From: an uncultured Brevundimonas sp.
GTDB taxonomy: Bacteria > Pseudomonadota > Alphaproteobacteria > Caulobacterales > Caulobacteraceae
Reading direction: 5' to 3'
DNA length: 42,778 nt
Assembly (NCBI GenBank): GCA_964395805.1
Contig: CAYNDG010000001.1
Location: 1 to 42,778, forward strand
Below, piece by piece: positions 18,931 to 27,127 of this stretch. The translations under genes were made by a program, and so were the position numbers. Position 1 is the stretch's first letter. Every line of letters begins with the position of its first letter. Under the pieces are notes generated by a model. It searched no databases. It saw nothing but the letters and a program-made list of their open reading frames with translations, and was not told the origin of the DNA.

Positions 18931-20732
18931 AGAAGCACCAGGGCGTCAGAACCAGTCATCAGGTCGCCCCCCTCTTTTCCGTGCGCCGCACCGAGCGCCA
19001 TCGCCAGCGCAATCGCAGCGTCGATCTTGTTTACCGACCGGGTCTTGGCCAGCCAGTGGTTGCCCCACTTGTCGTGTTCCGCCACCGCCGACATCATCGC
19101 CGAGACCAGCACCGGATTATTCTTGAGCCGGATTCGCCCTTCCAAAAGGGCATCCTCCAGCAGCCGCACCGACCCCGGCATCCAGAGGCCCTCGCCCCCG
19201 GCTTCCAGCGGCTTGCCCTTCTTGAGCCCGCCCTGCGGGTGCTCCGCAAAGTTCAGGCTCAGGCCCAGCTCGACGACCTCTTCCTCAAACCGCTTGAAGG
19301 CGTAGCGGTCATACGCCACCACCTGAACGGCATAGTCCCGGTCGTATTCCGCCAGCGTCTGCGCGACGTGCCGATAGCTGATGTTCTCGCCCTGCGGCGC
19401 GTGGATGTGCCCCTCGGCTATCCACTGCATCAGGTAGGGCATTTTGTCCCTGATAGACCGGGCCTCGGCGGTATCCCCCGGCGTCCAAGCCTCTATCCAT
19501 GCGTCAAACGTCGGCTTGCCGTCTGCCGTGGTCCCGGTCCTGACCACCGCCCCAAGGGCTGTGATGTCCCGGTTCTGGCTAAGGTCCAAGCCCAGATAAA
19601 TCTCTTGGCCGTGATGCTCTGCGACATCGAAATCCGCCAGACACGGCTCCAGCGTTGCCCGGGTCATCCACGCCGTTTCGGCATCCGTCCAGACGCAGAA
19701 GTGAAGGCGCAAAATGCCGTTGAGCTGTCCCGGGATCGACTTGGCCTGCGCCACAGTCTCAGCCAGGTATTCCTCTGTGATCGTTACCCCTAGAAGAGGG
19801 TTCGCCTTGATCCAGCACGTCGGGTCATTCAGGGGGTCGTCCCCCTCATCAAGACCACACACAAAGCTGAACGTCGTATCGTCCAAAACCTGACCCAGAT
19901 AGGTCGGGTCCGTCACCGCGTCCGGATTGCCCGCCGCGACCTTGACCGCGTGTTCATGCTCCTCCCACGCCACCGAGTTCCGATCCGAACCCGAGTTCGT
20001 AATCATGAACAACAGAGGCTCGCGCCGGAACTTGAAGCCCCGCTCCAGCATCTCAATGATCTTGCGATCCGGTAGCTCGTGAACCTCGTCGGCCAGCACG
20101 AAATAAGGTCGCGGCCCCGATCCGGTCTTGCCCGTGTCACGGCTCACCGGGCGGAAGAATGATCCGCTCGCGTGGTGTGCTAGGTTATACTCTCGCCCCG
20201 GCCCCCCAGACGGCTCAATCCGCTTCTTGAGGGCGGGCGACTGCTCGACCATCCGAACTGCATCCCGGAATAGGATGTTGGCCTGCTCTTTCTTCGCAGC
20301 CGCCGCGTAAATCTGCGCGCCGGCCTCTCCAGCCGCCGACATTCCAAACAGGCCCAGCCCGCCCGCGAGAGGCGATTTGCCGTTGCCCTTGCCCTGTTCA
20401 ATGTAGGCCCGGCGGAACCGGCGGCGTCCGTCCGCGCGCTTCCAGCCAAACAGCGAACCGACGATAAACGCCTGCGATGGGTGAAGCTCAAAGGGCTTGC
20501 CCTCAAACTGCCCTTCACTCAGCTTCAGGACGTTCTCGAAAAACCCGAAGGCGTGTTCCGCTGCCTCGTGGTCAAACCAAATCCCGTCAGTCCGCCCCAG
20601 GTCGTCCAGATGCCGACGACAGGCGTTCCGAACGTGCGGCCCGGCGACAATCTCCCCAGAGACCACCGCCTCGGCATAAGCCCTAGTGCGGTCGAGTGAA
20701 GAAGCGGTCGGCGGGGTCTTCGTCTTCCCCAT
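18927..20732 (-). CDS. terminase large subunit
   Basis: Walker A GKGNGKS, Walker B LADEVH, 'GLDLS', 'KIDAAIA'. Confidence 0.96.
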   Translation of the reverse strand: MGKTKTPPTASSLDRTRAYAEAVVSGEIVAGPHVRNACRRHLDDLGRTDGIWFDHEAAEHAFGFFENVLKLSEGQFEGKPFELHPSQAFIVGSLFGWKRADGRRRFRRAYIEQGKGNGKSPLAGGLGLFGMSAAGEAGAQIYAAAAKKEQANILFRDAVRMVEQSPALKKRIEPSGGPGREYNLAHHASGSFFRPVSRDTGKTGSGPRPYFVLADEVHELPDRKIIEMLERGFKFRREPLLFMITNSGSDRNSVAWEEHEHAVKVAAGNPDAVTDPTYLGQVLDDTTFSFVCGLDEGDDPLNDPTCWIKANPLLGVTITEEYLAETVAQAKSIPGQLNGILRLHFCVWTDAETAWMTRATLEPCLADFDVAEHHGQEIYLGLDLSQNRDITALGAVVRTGTTADGKPTFDAWIEAWTPGDTAEARSIRDKMPYLMQWIAEGHIHAPQGENISYRHVAQTLAEYDRDYAVQVVAYDRYAFKRFEEEVVELGLSLNFAEHPQGGLKKGKPLEAGGEGLWMPGSVRLLEDALLEGRIRLKNNPVLVSAMMSAVAEHDKWGNHWLAKTRSVNKIDAAIALAMALGAAHGKEGGDLMTGSDALVLL

Positions 20733-21072
20733 CCGGCACACCTACCTTTGTCTCGTCAATCGGGGTTGCCGCCAGCTTCGACAGGATCGAGCTGTAAGCC
20801 GACAGGGCGTTCACCCCCATGTCCGGGTCTTCATTCAGCCGCGCCCTCAAGACGCAGGCCAGTTGCAGCAGCGCCCGATGCGACGAGTTCAACCAAGGCA
20901 GCTCGGCGCGGAACTCCTCCCACGCCTCAACCTGTCCCGGCGTCATTCGCTTGTAGGGTTCGCCCAGAGGACGGGTGCCCTTCGGAGCCTTGCGGTCTTT
21001 GTGGCGCTGCGGGTTCTTGATGGCCGCGCCGCTCACGTCGGCCTTCATGGCCGGGAGCCGTGGGTTAGCCAT
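20683..21072 (-). CDS. terminase small subunit
   Basis: position upstream of terL; 'PWL...HR..L' and 'ATP.D.TKV' pattern. Confidence 0.8.
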   Translation of the reverse strand: MANPRLPAMKADVSGAAIKNPQRHKDRKAPKGTRPLGEPYKRMTPGQVEAWEEFRAELPWLNSSHRALLQLACVLRARLNEDPDMGVNALSAYSSILSKLAATPIDETKVGVPDGEDEDPADRFFTRPH

Positions 21073-21161
21073 TGGTCATGCTTCCAAGTGTGGATGTGAG
21101 AAATTGAGGCCCCCGCCGGTCGAGAGGCGAAAACCCCGAGGGATTTTAAGGGCCATACCCC
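21073..21161 (-). other. probable cos region
   Basis: intergenic gap between HNH and terS with GGGGG...AAAATCCCT...ACCGGCGGGGG, the usual location in HK97-like cos phages. Confidence 0.5.
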
Positions 21162-21491
21162 CTACAGAGGCCATCCATCAGCCCCGACAGCCCGCGTCGG
21201 CAGCTTGCCCTGTGCGACCCTTGCCTCATCCCTCTGGATGATCCGGTCGTGACAGTCGGAGCATTCCGAACTGAATGGCCCGGCGAAGAAACCTTCCTCT
21301 GTCGCCTTGGCTTCCTTATCGAGGTGGTTGCAGACGGTCGCTGGCGTCAGCCTGTTCTGGCCTTGGCAGGTCCGGCACAAGGGATGGGCTGCTAACTGCA
21401 TCGCCCTGGTTCGCTTCCATCGGGCTGTGCCGTATAGGTGGCGATATGCCTTGGCCTGTTCTGACCTTGCGTCTCTCCTAGCGGGGGCCAC
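21162..21491 (-). CDS. packaging-associated HNH endonuclease
   Basis: 'YGTARW', 'HPLCRTC', 'ATVCNH', 'CSDCH', 'ADGWP'. Confidence 0.85.
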   Translation of the reverse strand: MAPARRDARSEQAKAYRHLYGTARWKRTRAMQLAAHPLCRTCQGQNRLTPATVCNHLDKEAKATEEGFFAGPFSSECSDCHDRIIQRDEARVAQGKLPTRAVGADGWPL

Positions 21492-21672
21492 CGAAGCACT
21501 CTTTGGCGACGCGCACCCTGACCAGCTTCGAGGCCATGCGCGCGATCATGTCTTGCGCTCTCTCGCTCGGACTCCAACCCAACAGCACCGGGACAGATGC
21601 GAGGCGTATGAACAGCATGGCCAGACGGGTGTCGGCATACAGCTTGAGGATCAGGGGCTGCACGTCGGTCAT
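21478..21672 (-). CDS. hypothetical protein
   Basis: 64 aa with an RBS-like GAGGG. Confidence 0.45.
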   Translation of the reverse strand: MTDVQPLILKLYADTRLAMLFIRLASVPVLLGWSPSERAQDMIARMASKLVRVRVAKECFGGPR

Positions 21673-21679
21673 CTGGCCC

Positions 21680-21961
21680 TCATAGGTATCCGCCCCAATA
21701 GCCGCCGAACTGCGGAGTGCGGATGCCGTCATCAATGTGGGGGTCGGGGGCTTCATACATCTCAGCCGAAGTGACGCGGCGCATTCGCTTGCCCGGCTTG
21801 TTTGTCAGGTGCCAACCGCGACAGTTGCCGCAGGGATAAATCCACATGGCGTTGCGAGGAGCCGCGCCACGGTCACACTCAATCTGGGCCGCGGCTCTGA
21901 CTGTGACCTCATCAGCGAACCGACGCTTGGGGAGGCATGAACGCTCGTAGCCGCTCGCCAT
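21680..21961 (-). CDS. small zinc-ribbon phage protein
   Basis: 'CxxKRRF...YPCGNCRGWHLT'; GGAGG RBS. Confidence 0.65.
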   Translation of the reverse strand: MASGYERSCLPKRRFADEVTVRAAAQIECDRGAAPRNAMWIYPCGNCRGWHLTNKPGKRMRRVTSAEMYEAPDPHIDDGIRTPQFGGYWGGYL

Positions 21962-21974
21962 GCCTTCCTCCATA

Positions 21975-22700
21975 GGTATCCGCCCCGATCCAGCATCCGG
22001 CTAGGGTCAGGGGTTCTTCTGATAGGGTTCCGTTGTGGAACGAGGCGGAAGGTGAAATGCAAACGGCGGGCAACCGAGAAACCCCAGTCCTAACCCGCCG
22101 TCGCTCCCCCTAGGGGGATTGGTCTTCGCATGAGGCCGCTTACCAGACGGCACTCAACACAAAGGTGCCCGATGTCTTCCGGTGGCGGTCCCCATACAGG
22201 AAACCCAGAGCCGGGCGGTATTCCATCGCGCCCATGCGAAGTTAGGTCGTGTGGGCAACCCAGTGGGATTCGAACCCACGACCCGGGCGTCTAGCGCACA
22301 CCCCGGCTATTGGCGTCCCTCACCGTTAATCCACTCCGGCACAGGCCGCTCACACGATACTGGTGGGCCGAAGCCCGGAAATGGATTCTGCGGGACCGGC
22401 TTCCCGCCTTACGGTTGGGGAACCACCGACTCCCTTGCGACAATCGCTGGGCATTTCACAGCCCCGCAGAAACTGGCTGGGGGGTTTTGTTCGCCACAGG
22501 CCGTTAGGTCCCATGTCGCATTTGTCCCGATCCCGCCGACAATCTGGTCTAGCCAGAATGCCGACACCGCTCTTTAGGCTCTCGCCCGAAACTCTCTCGA
22601 TCCCCGCTCTAGCCGTTCGCCGTGGCTCGGTGCTTAGGCTGGAATCAAATCGGCTCGGGTCTGCGCTTAACGCAAATCTCCGATCCTTTCATTTCGGAAA
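21975..22700 (-). ncRNA. structured non-coding late leader: array of stem-closed RNA modules
   Basis: no convincing ORF; consecutive long-range inverted repeats (see findings). Confidence 0.6.
22252..22348 (-). tRNA. tRNA-like element / pseudo-tRNA without a valid anticodon arm
   Basis: D arm CCG-GAGTGGATTAA-CGG, T arm GTGGG-TTCGAAT-CCCAC, acceptor CGGCCTG/TGGGTTG, discriminator C + CCA. Confidence 0.7.
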
Positions 22701-22726
22701 TAGCACGTGTTTGGGGAGGGTGTCAA
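22697..22726 (-). promoter_or_regulatory. putative late promoter (pR'-like)
   Basis: TTGACA-N16-GCTATTTC, similar to the Caulobacter housekeeping consensus; followed by a hairpin. Confidence 0.6.
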
Positions 22727-22730
22727 GGGG

Positions 22731-23189
22731 CTATGCGCTGGCCTGCGTTTTGGCTCGGCGGCGGGCCTTGTATTTGATCGTGTTGTCGTTCCGGCACCTA
22801 CGGCACGACCGCCAGCCGTCGGGCGTCATGTAGAGGTTGTGGCCGGACAGGGAGTGGCCCCGATGACATTTCGTCTTCTTGGCGTTGCGGGCCGTCACCC
22901 CCTCTCCGCAAAGGACATTCTCCTTATTGCTCACGACCCTCAAATGGTCTGGATTCACGCACGAGCGCACGCGACACTTGTGGTCGATGACGAGGCCAGC
23001 CGGTATCGGCCCAACGTTGGCTTCGTAGCTGGCGCGGTGTGCCCTTTCGTTGCGCCGGGAAGCCGGATTGTAAACCGACGCGTAGCCGTCCTGGTCAAGC
23101 ATCGGCCCTGCCCAAAGCCAGCAACCTCCGTTCGTGTCTGGCTCTGAAAGATCAAGGATGCGCTCTTGCATCTTAAGTGTCGTGGTCAT
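22731..23189 (-). CDS. HNH homing-type endonuclease
   Basis: 'GCWLWAG', 'AHRASY', 'DHKCRVRSCVNPDHL...N', C-terminal CHRGH...CRRC. Confidence 0.88.
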   Translation of the reverse strand: MTTTLKMQERILDLSEPDTNGGCWLWAGPMLDQDGYASVYNPASRRNERAHRASYEANVGPIPAGLVIDHKCRVRSCVNPDHLRVVSNKENVLCGEGVTARNAKKTKCHRGHSLSGHNLYMTPDGWRSCRRCRNDNTIKYKARRRAKTQASA

Positions 23190-23394
23190 GTATCGCCTTC
23201 GGCAGCTCGCCAATCTTTACCCGCTGGGCTGGCGTCATGTTCAAAAGCATCCGCATGGCCCGTGCAGCGGCAGGCGACGGGCCGTCGTTCGCATAGTTCT
23301 GTGCGGTCTTGCGGCTTACCCCTAGCCAACGACCCGCCGCTTGCTGCGACAGGCCGAGGGTTGATAGGGCGGCGCGGTATTCGGCGGGGGTCAT
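23173..23394 (-). CDS. XRE-family HTH regulator
   Basis: 'MTPAEYRAALSTLGLSQQAAGRWLGVSRKTAQNY'. Confidence 0.85.
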   Translation of the reverse strand: MTPAEYRAALSTLGLSQQAAGRWLGVSRKTAQNYANDGPSPAAARAMRMLLNMTPAQRVKIGELPKAIHDHDT

Positions 23395-23573
23395 GCGGCC
23401 CGCCCGTAGGCGAAGCCGCGACGGTAGGCGAGAAACAGGGTGTTGGTTTCGCCGCTCTGATAGACGTTGCCTTTGGCCCAAAAAGCCTTGTCCTCACGAT
23501 CAAGGCGAAGGCCCGAAAACTCCCGCTCGAACATCGTCATCAGTTCGTAGTGGTCTTTGCTCGTGAGGGTCAT
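23391..23573 (-). CDS. hypothetical protein (60 aa)
   Basis: coupled by ATGA to the HTH gene; 'YQ...TNTLFLAYRRG'. Confidence 0.7.
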   Translation of the reverse strand: MTLTSKDHYELMTMFEREFSGLRLDREDKAFWAKGNVYQSGETNTLFLAYRRGFAYGRAA

Positions 23574-23623
23574 CTGTCTGTTTCCGTTCCGGCTAGTGCT
23601 TGATTGCCCTGCGCCGATGAGTG

Positions 23624-23679
23624 AACATAACGCGGCGTAGATATTACGCAAGCACAAAATGCATCATTGGCGCATTTTT
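23624..23679 (-). promoter_or_regulatory. promoter/operator of the ORF-HTH-HNH cassette
   Basis: TTGCGT-N16-TATGTT with inverted repeats GCGTA-N5-TACGC and AAAATGC-N9-GCATTTT in an AT-rich patch. Confidence 0.55.
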
Positions 23680-23879
23680 TACGCCTTCGCCTTCACAATG
23701 ACTGTCTGGCCATTGGCGAGAGTGACGTGGAGGGACCAGCCGTCGCCTATCGGGCCGCAGTCGCCTCGGTCTCTTCGTCCGTTTATCCATTGCCAGCGCC
23801 AGCTCTTTTGCGGACGGTCTTCGGGATGCTGCCACCGCCCTCTCACAGGCTCCCACGGCTTTACGTCTTGATGGGTCAC
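23679..23879 (-). CDS. hypothetical protein
   Basis: 66-aa Trp-rich ORF, GGAG upstream. Confidence 0.45.
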   Translation of the reverse strand: MTHQDVKPWEPVRGRWQHPEDRPQKSWRWQWINGRRDRGDCGPIGDGWSLHVTLANGQTVIVKAKA

Positions 23880-23886
23880 ATTTTGT

Positions 23887-24045
23887 TTACTCCGCCCCTT
23901 GGGCTTCGTTCCCGGCGGCTTCGTCGTCGCCGTCGCGGGTCATCACTTCGGGCAGCCGATGCAGGCCGAACATCCTGACCGCCAGCGTGACGGCCTGTAG
24001 CTCCGCGATCAAGCGGGCGTTGCTTTGCGATGGACCGTCACTCAA
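23887..24045 (-). CDS. hypothetical protein (52 aa, not in the ORF track)
   Basis: TTG start overlapping the upstream TGA, AGGAGG RBS; MSDGPSQSNARLIAELQAV... Confidence 0.5.
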   Translation of the reverse strand: MSDGPSQSNARLIAELQAVTLAVRMFGLHRLPEVMTRDGDDEAAGNEAQGAE

Positions 24046-24674
24046 GCCGCCATCCTCCTATCATAGACACCCGCCATCATGGCGTTAAGGCCGTCGATCA
24101 GCAGGGTGTATTTCCGCTCCCATGACGTGCCGAAGCGCTTGGCCCTGCGCTGGATCACCCATTGCGGCCAGCTATCATGGATAACCACGTCCTCGACCTC
24201 GGCCCGCTGTTCCGCCGTCATCGCCTCACAGGCTGACTTGTAGCGGGAGAACGCGCGGGCTTGGGCCTGATCCTGGTCGGTCTGGGCCGCCGGGGTTCTT
24301 CCCATCGCACTGTCCCAAATGGCCGCCACGTCCGCGTTAGGCATCTGGCTGAAGTTCATGCCCCGGGCGTCGACTCCCTCGGGGGCGCTCAAGTCCTTCT
24401 GCGTCGGCACGTTCGGGCCGCAGAGCTGGGCGTAATGGCGATCCTCCCGGAACCGACAGGCCGTCCGGTGCTGATCTTCCGTGATCCAGCGGTTCGCCAG
24501 CATCACGTCAATCGGGTTGGTCGCCTTCGTCGGATCGTCGCACAAAGCCCGGCGATGCGCGAGGACGATGGGATTGGGTTCAGGGCGCTTCAGCTTTCCG
24601 CACTCATACCGCTCCCCCTCCTTCCGGGGCCGTCCGCCGTTGGAACGGGGCTTGGGGTTGGTGGCCTTACCCAT
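24042..24674 (-). CDS. putative late-gene activator/antiterminator (Q position)
   Basis: 'GRPRKEGERYECGK', 'WITEDQH.TA', last long gene before the late promoter. Confidence 0.55.
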   Translation of the reverse strand: MGKATNPKPRSNGGRPRKEGERYECGKLKRPEPNPIVLAHRRALCDDPTKATNPIDVMLANRWITEDQHRTACRFREDRHYAQLCGPNVPTQKDLSAPEGVDARGMNFSQMPNADVAAIWDSAMGRTPAAQTDQDQAQARAFSRYKSACEAMTAEQRAEVEDVVIHDSWPQWVIQRRAKRFGTSWERKYTLLIDGLNAMMAGVYDRRMAA

Positions 24675-24858
24675 GGGATGCTCCTCCGAAAAGATCAGGC
24701 TGCGGTTGGCAGGCTTCCGCCCGGCGTTCGGCGTTCATGGCCCAGGTATCGAGGATCGCCGCAAAGTCCGGCTGGCGATCCCGGCGGGCCTCGGCTTCGG
24801 CCCTGTGAACCGCTGCGATGTGGCGGTAAAGGTCCGGCGTCGGGGTGATCTCCCTCAT
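24667..24858 (-). CDS. hypothetical protein
   Basis: ATGA-coupled; ends 'QPDLFGG'. Confidence 0.6.
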   Translation of the reverse strand: MREITPTPDLYRHIAAVHRAEAEARRDRQPDFAAILDTWAMNAERRAEACQPQPDLFGGASHG

Positions 24859-25724
24859 GCGGCTTGGTCCTTTGGCTGGGCGGGGTGGGTCGGGGCGATC
24901 AGCAAGTGGCGGGGAACGCGGCATCCGGGCGATCCCGGGGGCGGGCCAAGGCCGTCTGACCACCAGCCTTCATCACGATGCAGCGACAGGGCAGAGCGCC
25001 AGCGGTCGTCGGAAATGGCAGCGTCTTGCGCGGCATCCGGCATCCAGTCCTCAAACCGGGCTTCCGAAAGCCACCGCTGCATCGCGGGCGCACCGCACTC
25101 GGCCTTGGGTTCCCGACCGTCGCGGGCATAGCGGGCGACGGCATCCGGGAGGGCTTGGCGAGTAGCGGCAGGCAGGCGACGCCAGAACCCGAGGGCTTTC
25201 GGCTTGCTGGAGCGGCCCTTGACGTGAGGGTAGGCTTTCCAAGCAGCCTCGAAGGGCTCGGGATATGTCGAAGGGGCCGTCGAAGACGGGGCCGACGACG
25301 AGGAAGCGTTAGCTTCCTTAATACTATCTGGTTCTGGTTCTGGAGAATGCTTAGGCAAACGTGAAGCATTTGCCAGAGACGCCTTCTTATCTTTCAGCGC
25401 CTTAGCTCTCGCTCCGGCTTTCCCGGCTTGCGATCTTTTTTCAGACTTCTCCTCAGCAATCGTGAGTTCTGCGGCAAGGCGGCCCTGCGTGATCCCGCCC
25501 TCACAAGGGGTAAAAAAGGCCATGATCTCGTCGCTGATTTTGCGCCAGCGAGCGACGGTCAGGCCGGTGATCCGGGCCAGCTTGGCGTCGTCATTCGGCA
25601 GGACGCCATCCGCCCGCCACATGGTCATCAGGAGCAACAGGTATGCCCCGTGTTGCTCTGTCGTCAGGTGCCGGGTGTCGCCAAGGTAGTCAGCGACATA
25701 GAGCTGCATATACGGCGCGCTCAC
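24855..25724 (-). CDS. DUF1376 (YdaU-like) replication initiator
   Basis: 'PYMQLYVADYLGDTRHLTTEQHGAYLLLLM', 'FEAAWKAYP'. Confidence 0.88.
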   Translation of the reverse strand: MSAPYMQLYVADYLGDTRHLTTEQHGAYLLLLMTMWRADGVLPNDDAKLARITGLTVARWRKISDEIMAFFTPCEGGITQGRLAAELTIAEEKSEKRSQAGKAGARAKALKDKKASLANASRLPKHSPEPEPDSIKEANASSSSAPSSTAPSTYPEPFEAAWKAYPHVKGRSSKPKALGFWRRLPAATRQALPDAVARYARDGREPKAECGAPAMQRWLSEARFEDWMPDAAQDAAISDDRWRSALSLHRDEGWWSDGLGPPPGSPGCRVPRHLLIAPTHPAQPKDQAA

Positions 25725-27127
25725 ATTCCCCTCCGGTCACGAATGGCACTGCAAGCGATGTCGCAATAGGTCTCGACCTCGCCCGTGGGGCCGTTGTTGT
25801 TCTTCTCGACCAGCCACCAGAGCTTCTTGCGGACGCGATCCAGCTTGGCCCGCCATTCCATCATGGCGTCCATGTCGTCCTCGTTCTCAGGGCGGCGGCA
25901 GTAGTATTCCGGGCGGTAGAGGAACATGACCAGCCGGGCGTCCTGTTCGATCTCACCGGACCAGCGCAGGTCAGACAGGCCGGGGCGACGATCCTTGTTG
26001 TCCCGCTTTTCAACGTCCCGGGAGAGTTGGCACAGGGCCACCACGGGCACGTCCAGACGCTTCGCCATCTCGGCAAGGCTGCGGGAAATATCCCCCACCT
26101 CTGCCACCTTGTTCCCCCGGCGGTCTGCATCGGGGCGGGCGATGGTCAGGTGGTCAACGACAATGACCCCCGGCTCAATGCCCTGCCGGTCCCAATCGCG
26201 GATCAGGCGGCGGGCGCAGGCTTCCATCGCGGAGACCGTCAATCCAGGGCGAGGATCAAAGTGCAGAGGCCATCCGGCAATGCGATCCGCCGCCCGCTCA
26301 AGCTGACGCCACTGGTCGGCGTCCAGATCGTTCCGGTCGGCCTTAAAGTAGGTCGGGTTCGTCGTCTCGCCGGAATAGACCGGGGCGTCAGGGTCAAAGG
26401 CAATGTCACAGGCCATGCGGAGGCCAAGGGCAGCCCGGGGCATCTCCATTGAGAAGAACGCCGCGCCCTTGCCGATGCTAGCGAGCGATTTGGCGACCGT
26501 CAGACCCGCAGAGCTTTTCCCCATCGAAGGCCGTCCGGCAATGACGGCCATTTCGCCTCTGCGGAGGCCGCCTGTAAGCCTGTCGAGTTCGGTAAGGCCG
26601 GTGGGTAGCTCAATGCCTCCCCCGCGCTCACGGGCGTTCCTGACGGCATTGGCGGTAACTTCATCGGCCCGGCACCATGCGGTGTGCGCGGGACCACTCT
26701 CGGCAAGGGCGGAAAGCTCGCGTTCGGCGCTGACGATATGGTCCGATGCGGGAAGGGTCGGGTCTTTCGCCCGCTCGGCCAGTTCGGCGGAATAGGCGAT
26801 CAGCTTCCGGCGGGTCGAGGCGTCCTGAATGGTCGCGGCATACTCGCCAACGAGAGACAGGGCCGGGGCCTTGTCGATCAGGTCGAACAGATAGCCAATA
26901 CCGCCAAACTGGTCGAACGCGGGCGAGACCTTGAGGCGATCCGACAGGGTGGCGGGGTCAGCCGTGCGGCTCGCGCGGATCAGGTCACAGGCGCTTGTCC
27001 AGATCAGGGCGTGATAGGCTTCCGAAAAGTCATCCGGGCGCAGGCTATCGGGCAGGCAGCCGTTATCGAACAGCACCGAACCGATGACGGCCTGTTCTGC
27101 CTCTAGGTTCTTCGGCAGGTCGTTCAC
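25721..27127 (-). CDS. dnaB: replicative DNA helicase, DnaB family
   Basis: 'AEQAVIG', AGRPSMGKS, FSMEM, QLSR, DLRWSGEIEQDA. Confidence 0.95.
   Translation of the reverse strand: MNDLPKNLEAEQAVIGSVLFDNGCLPDSLRPDDFSEAYHALIWTSACDLIRASRTADPATLSDRLKVSPAFDQFGGIGYLFDLIDKAPALSLVGEYAATIQDASTRRKLIAYSAELAERAKDPTLPASDHIVSAERELSALAESGPAHTAWCRADEVTANAVRNARERGGGIELPTGLTELDRLTGGLRRGEMAVIAGRPSMGKSSAGLTVAKSLASIGKGAAFFSMEMPRAALGLRMACDIAFDPDAPVYSGETTNPTYFKADRNDLDADQWRQLERAADRIAGWPLHFDPRPGLTVSAMEACARRLIRDWDRQGIEPGVIVVDHLTIARPDADRRGNKVAEVGDISRSLAEMAKRLDVPVVALCQLSRDVEKRDNKDRRPGLSDLRWSGEIEQDARLVMFLYRPEYYCRRPENEDDMDAMMEWRAKLDRVRKKLWWLVEKNNNGPTGEVETYCDIACSAIRDRRGM

Noticed and set aside
17668-19305. 545-aa plus-strand ORF (likewise 10200-11294)
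   Set aside because: Antisense to portal/terminase (and TMP); codon-bias artefact
22247-22357. Y RNA (YrlA), tmRNA or tRNA-Sec identity for the tRNA-like element
   Set aside because: Arm order is not permuted as in YrlA, there is no tag reading frame, and no TCA anticodon arm
22182-22833. Plus-strand ORFs across the late leader
   Set aside because: Opposite to the operon direction, low-information sequence, overlapping the tRNA-like structure
21100-23700. CtrA boxes (TTAA-N7-TTAA) in the late control region
   Set aside because: Only isolated TTAA half-sites seen by eye
25260-25345. Replication origin inside the DUF1376 gene
   Set aside because: Only a short palindrome (GAAGC-N4-GCTTC) and a small AT-rich patch; no clear iterons
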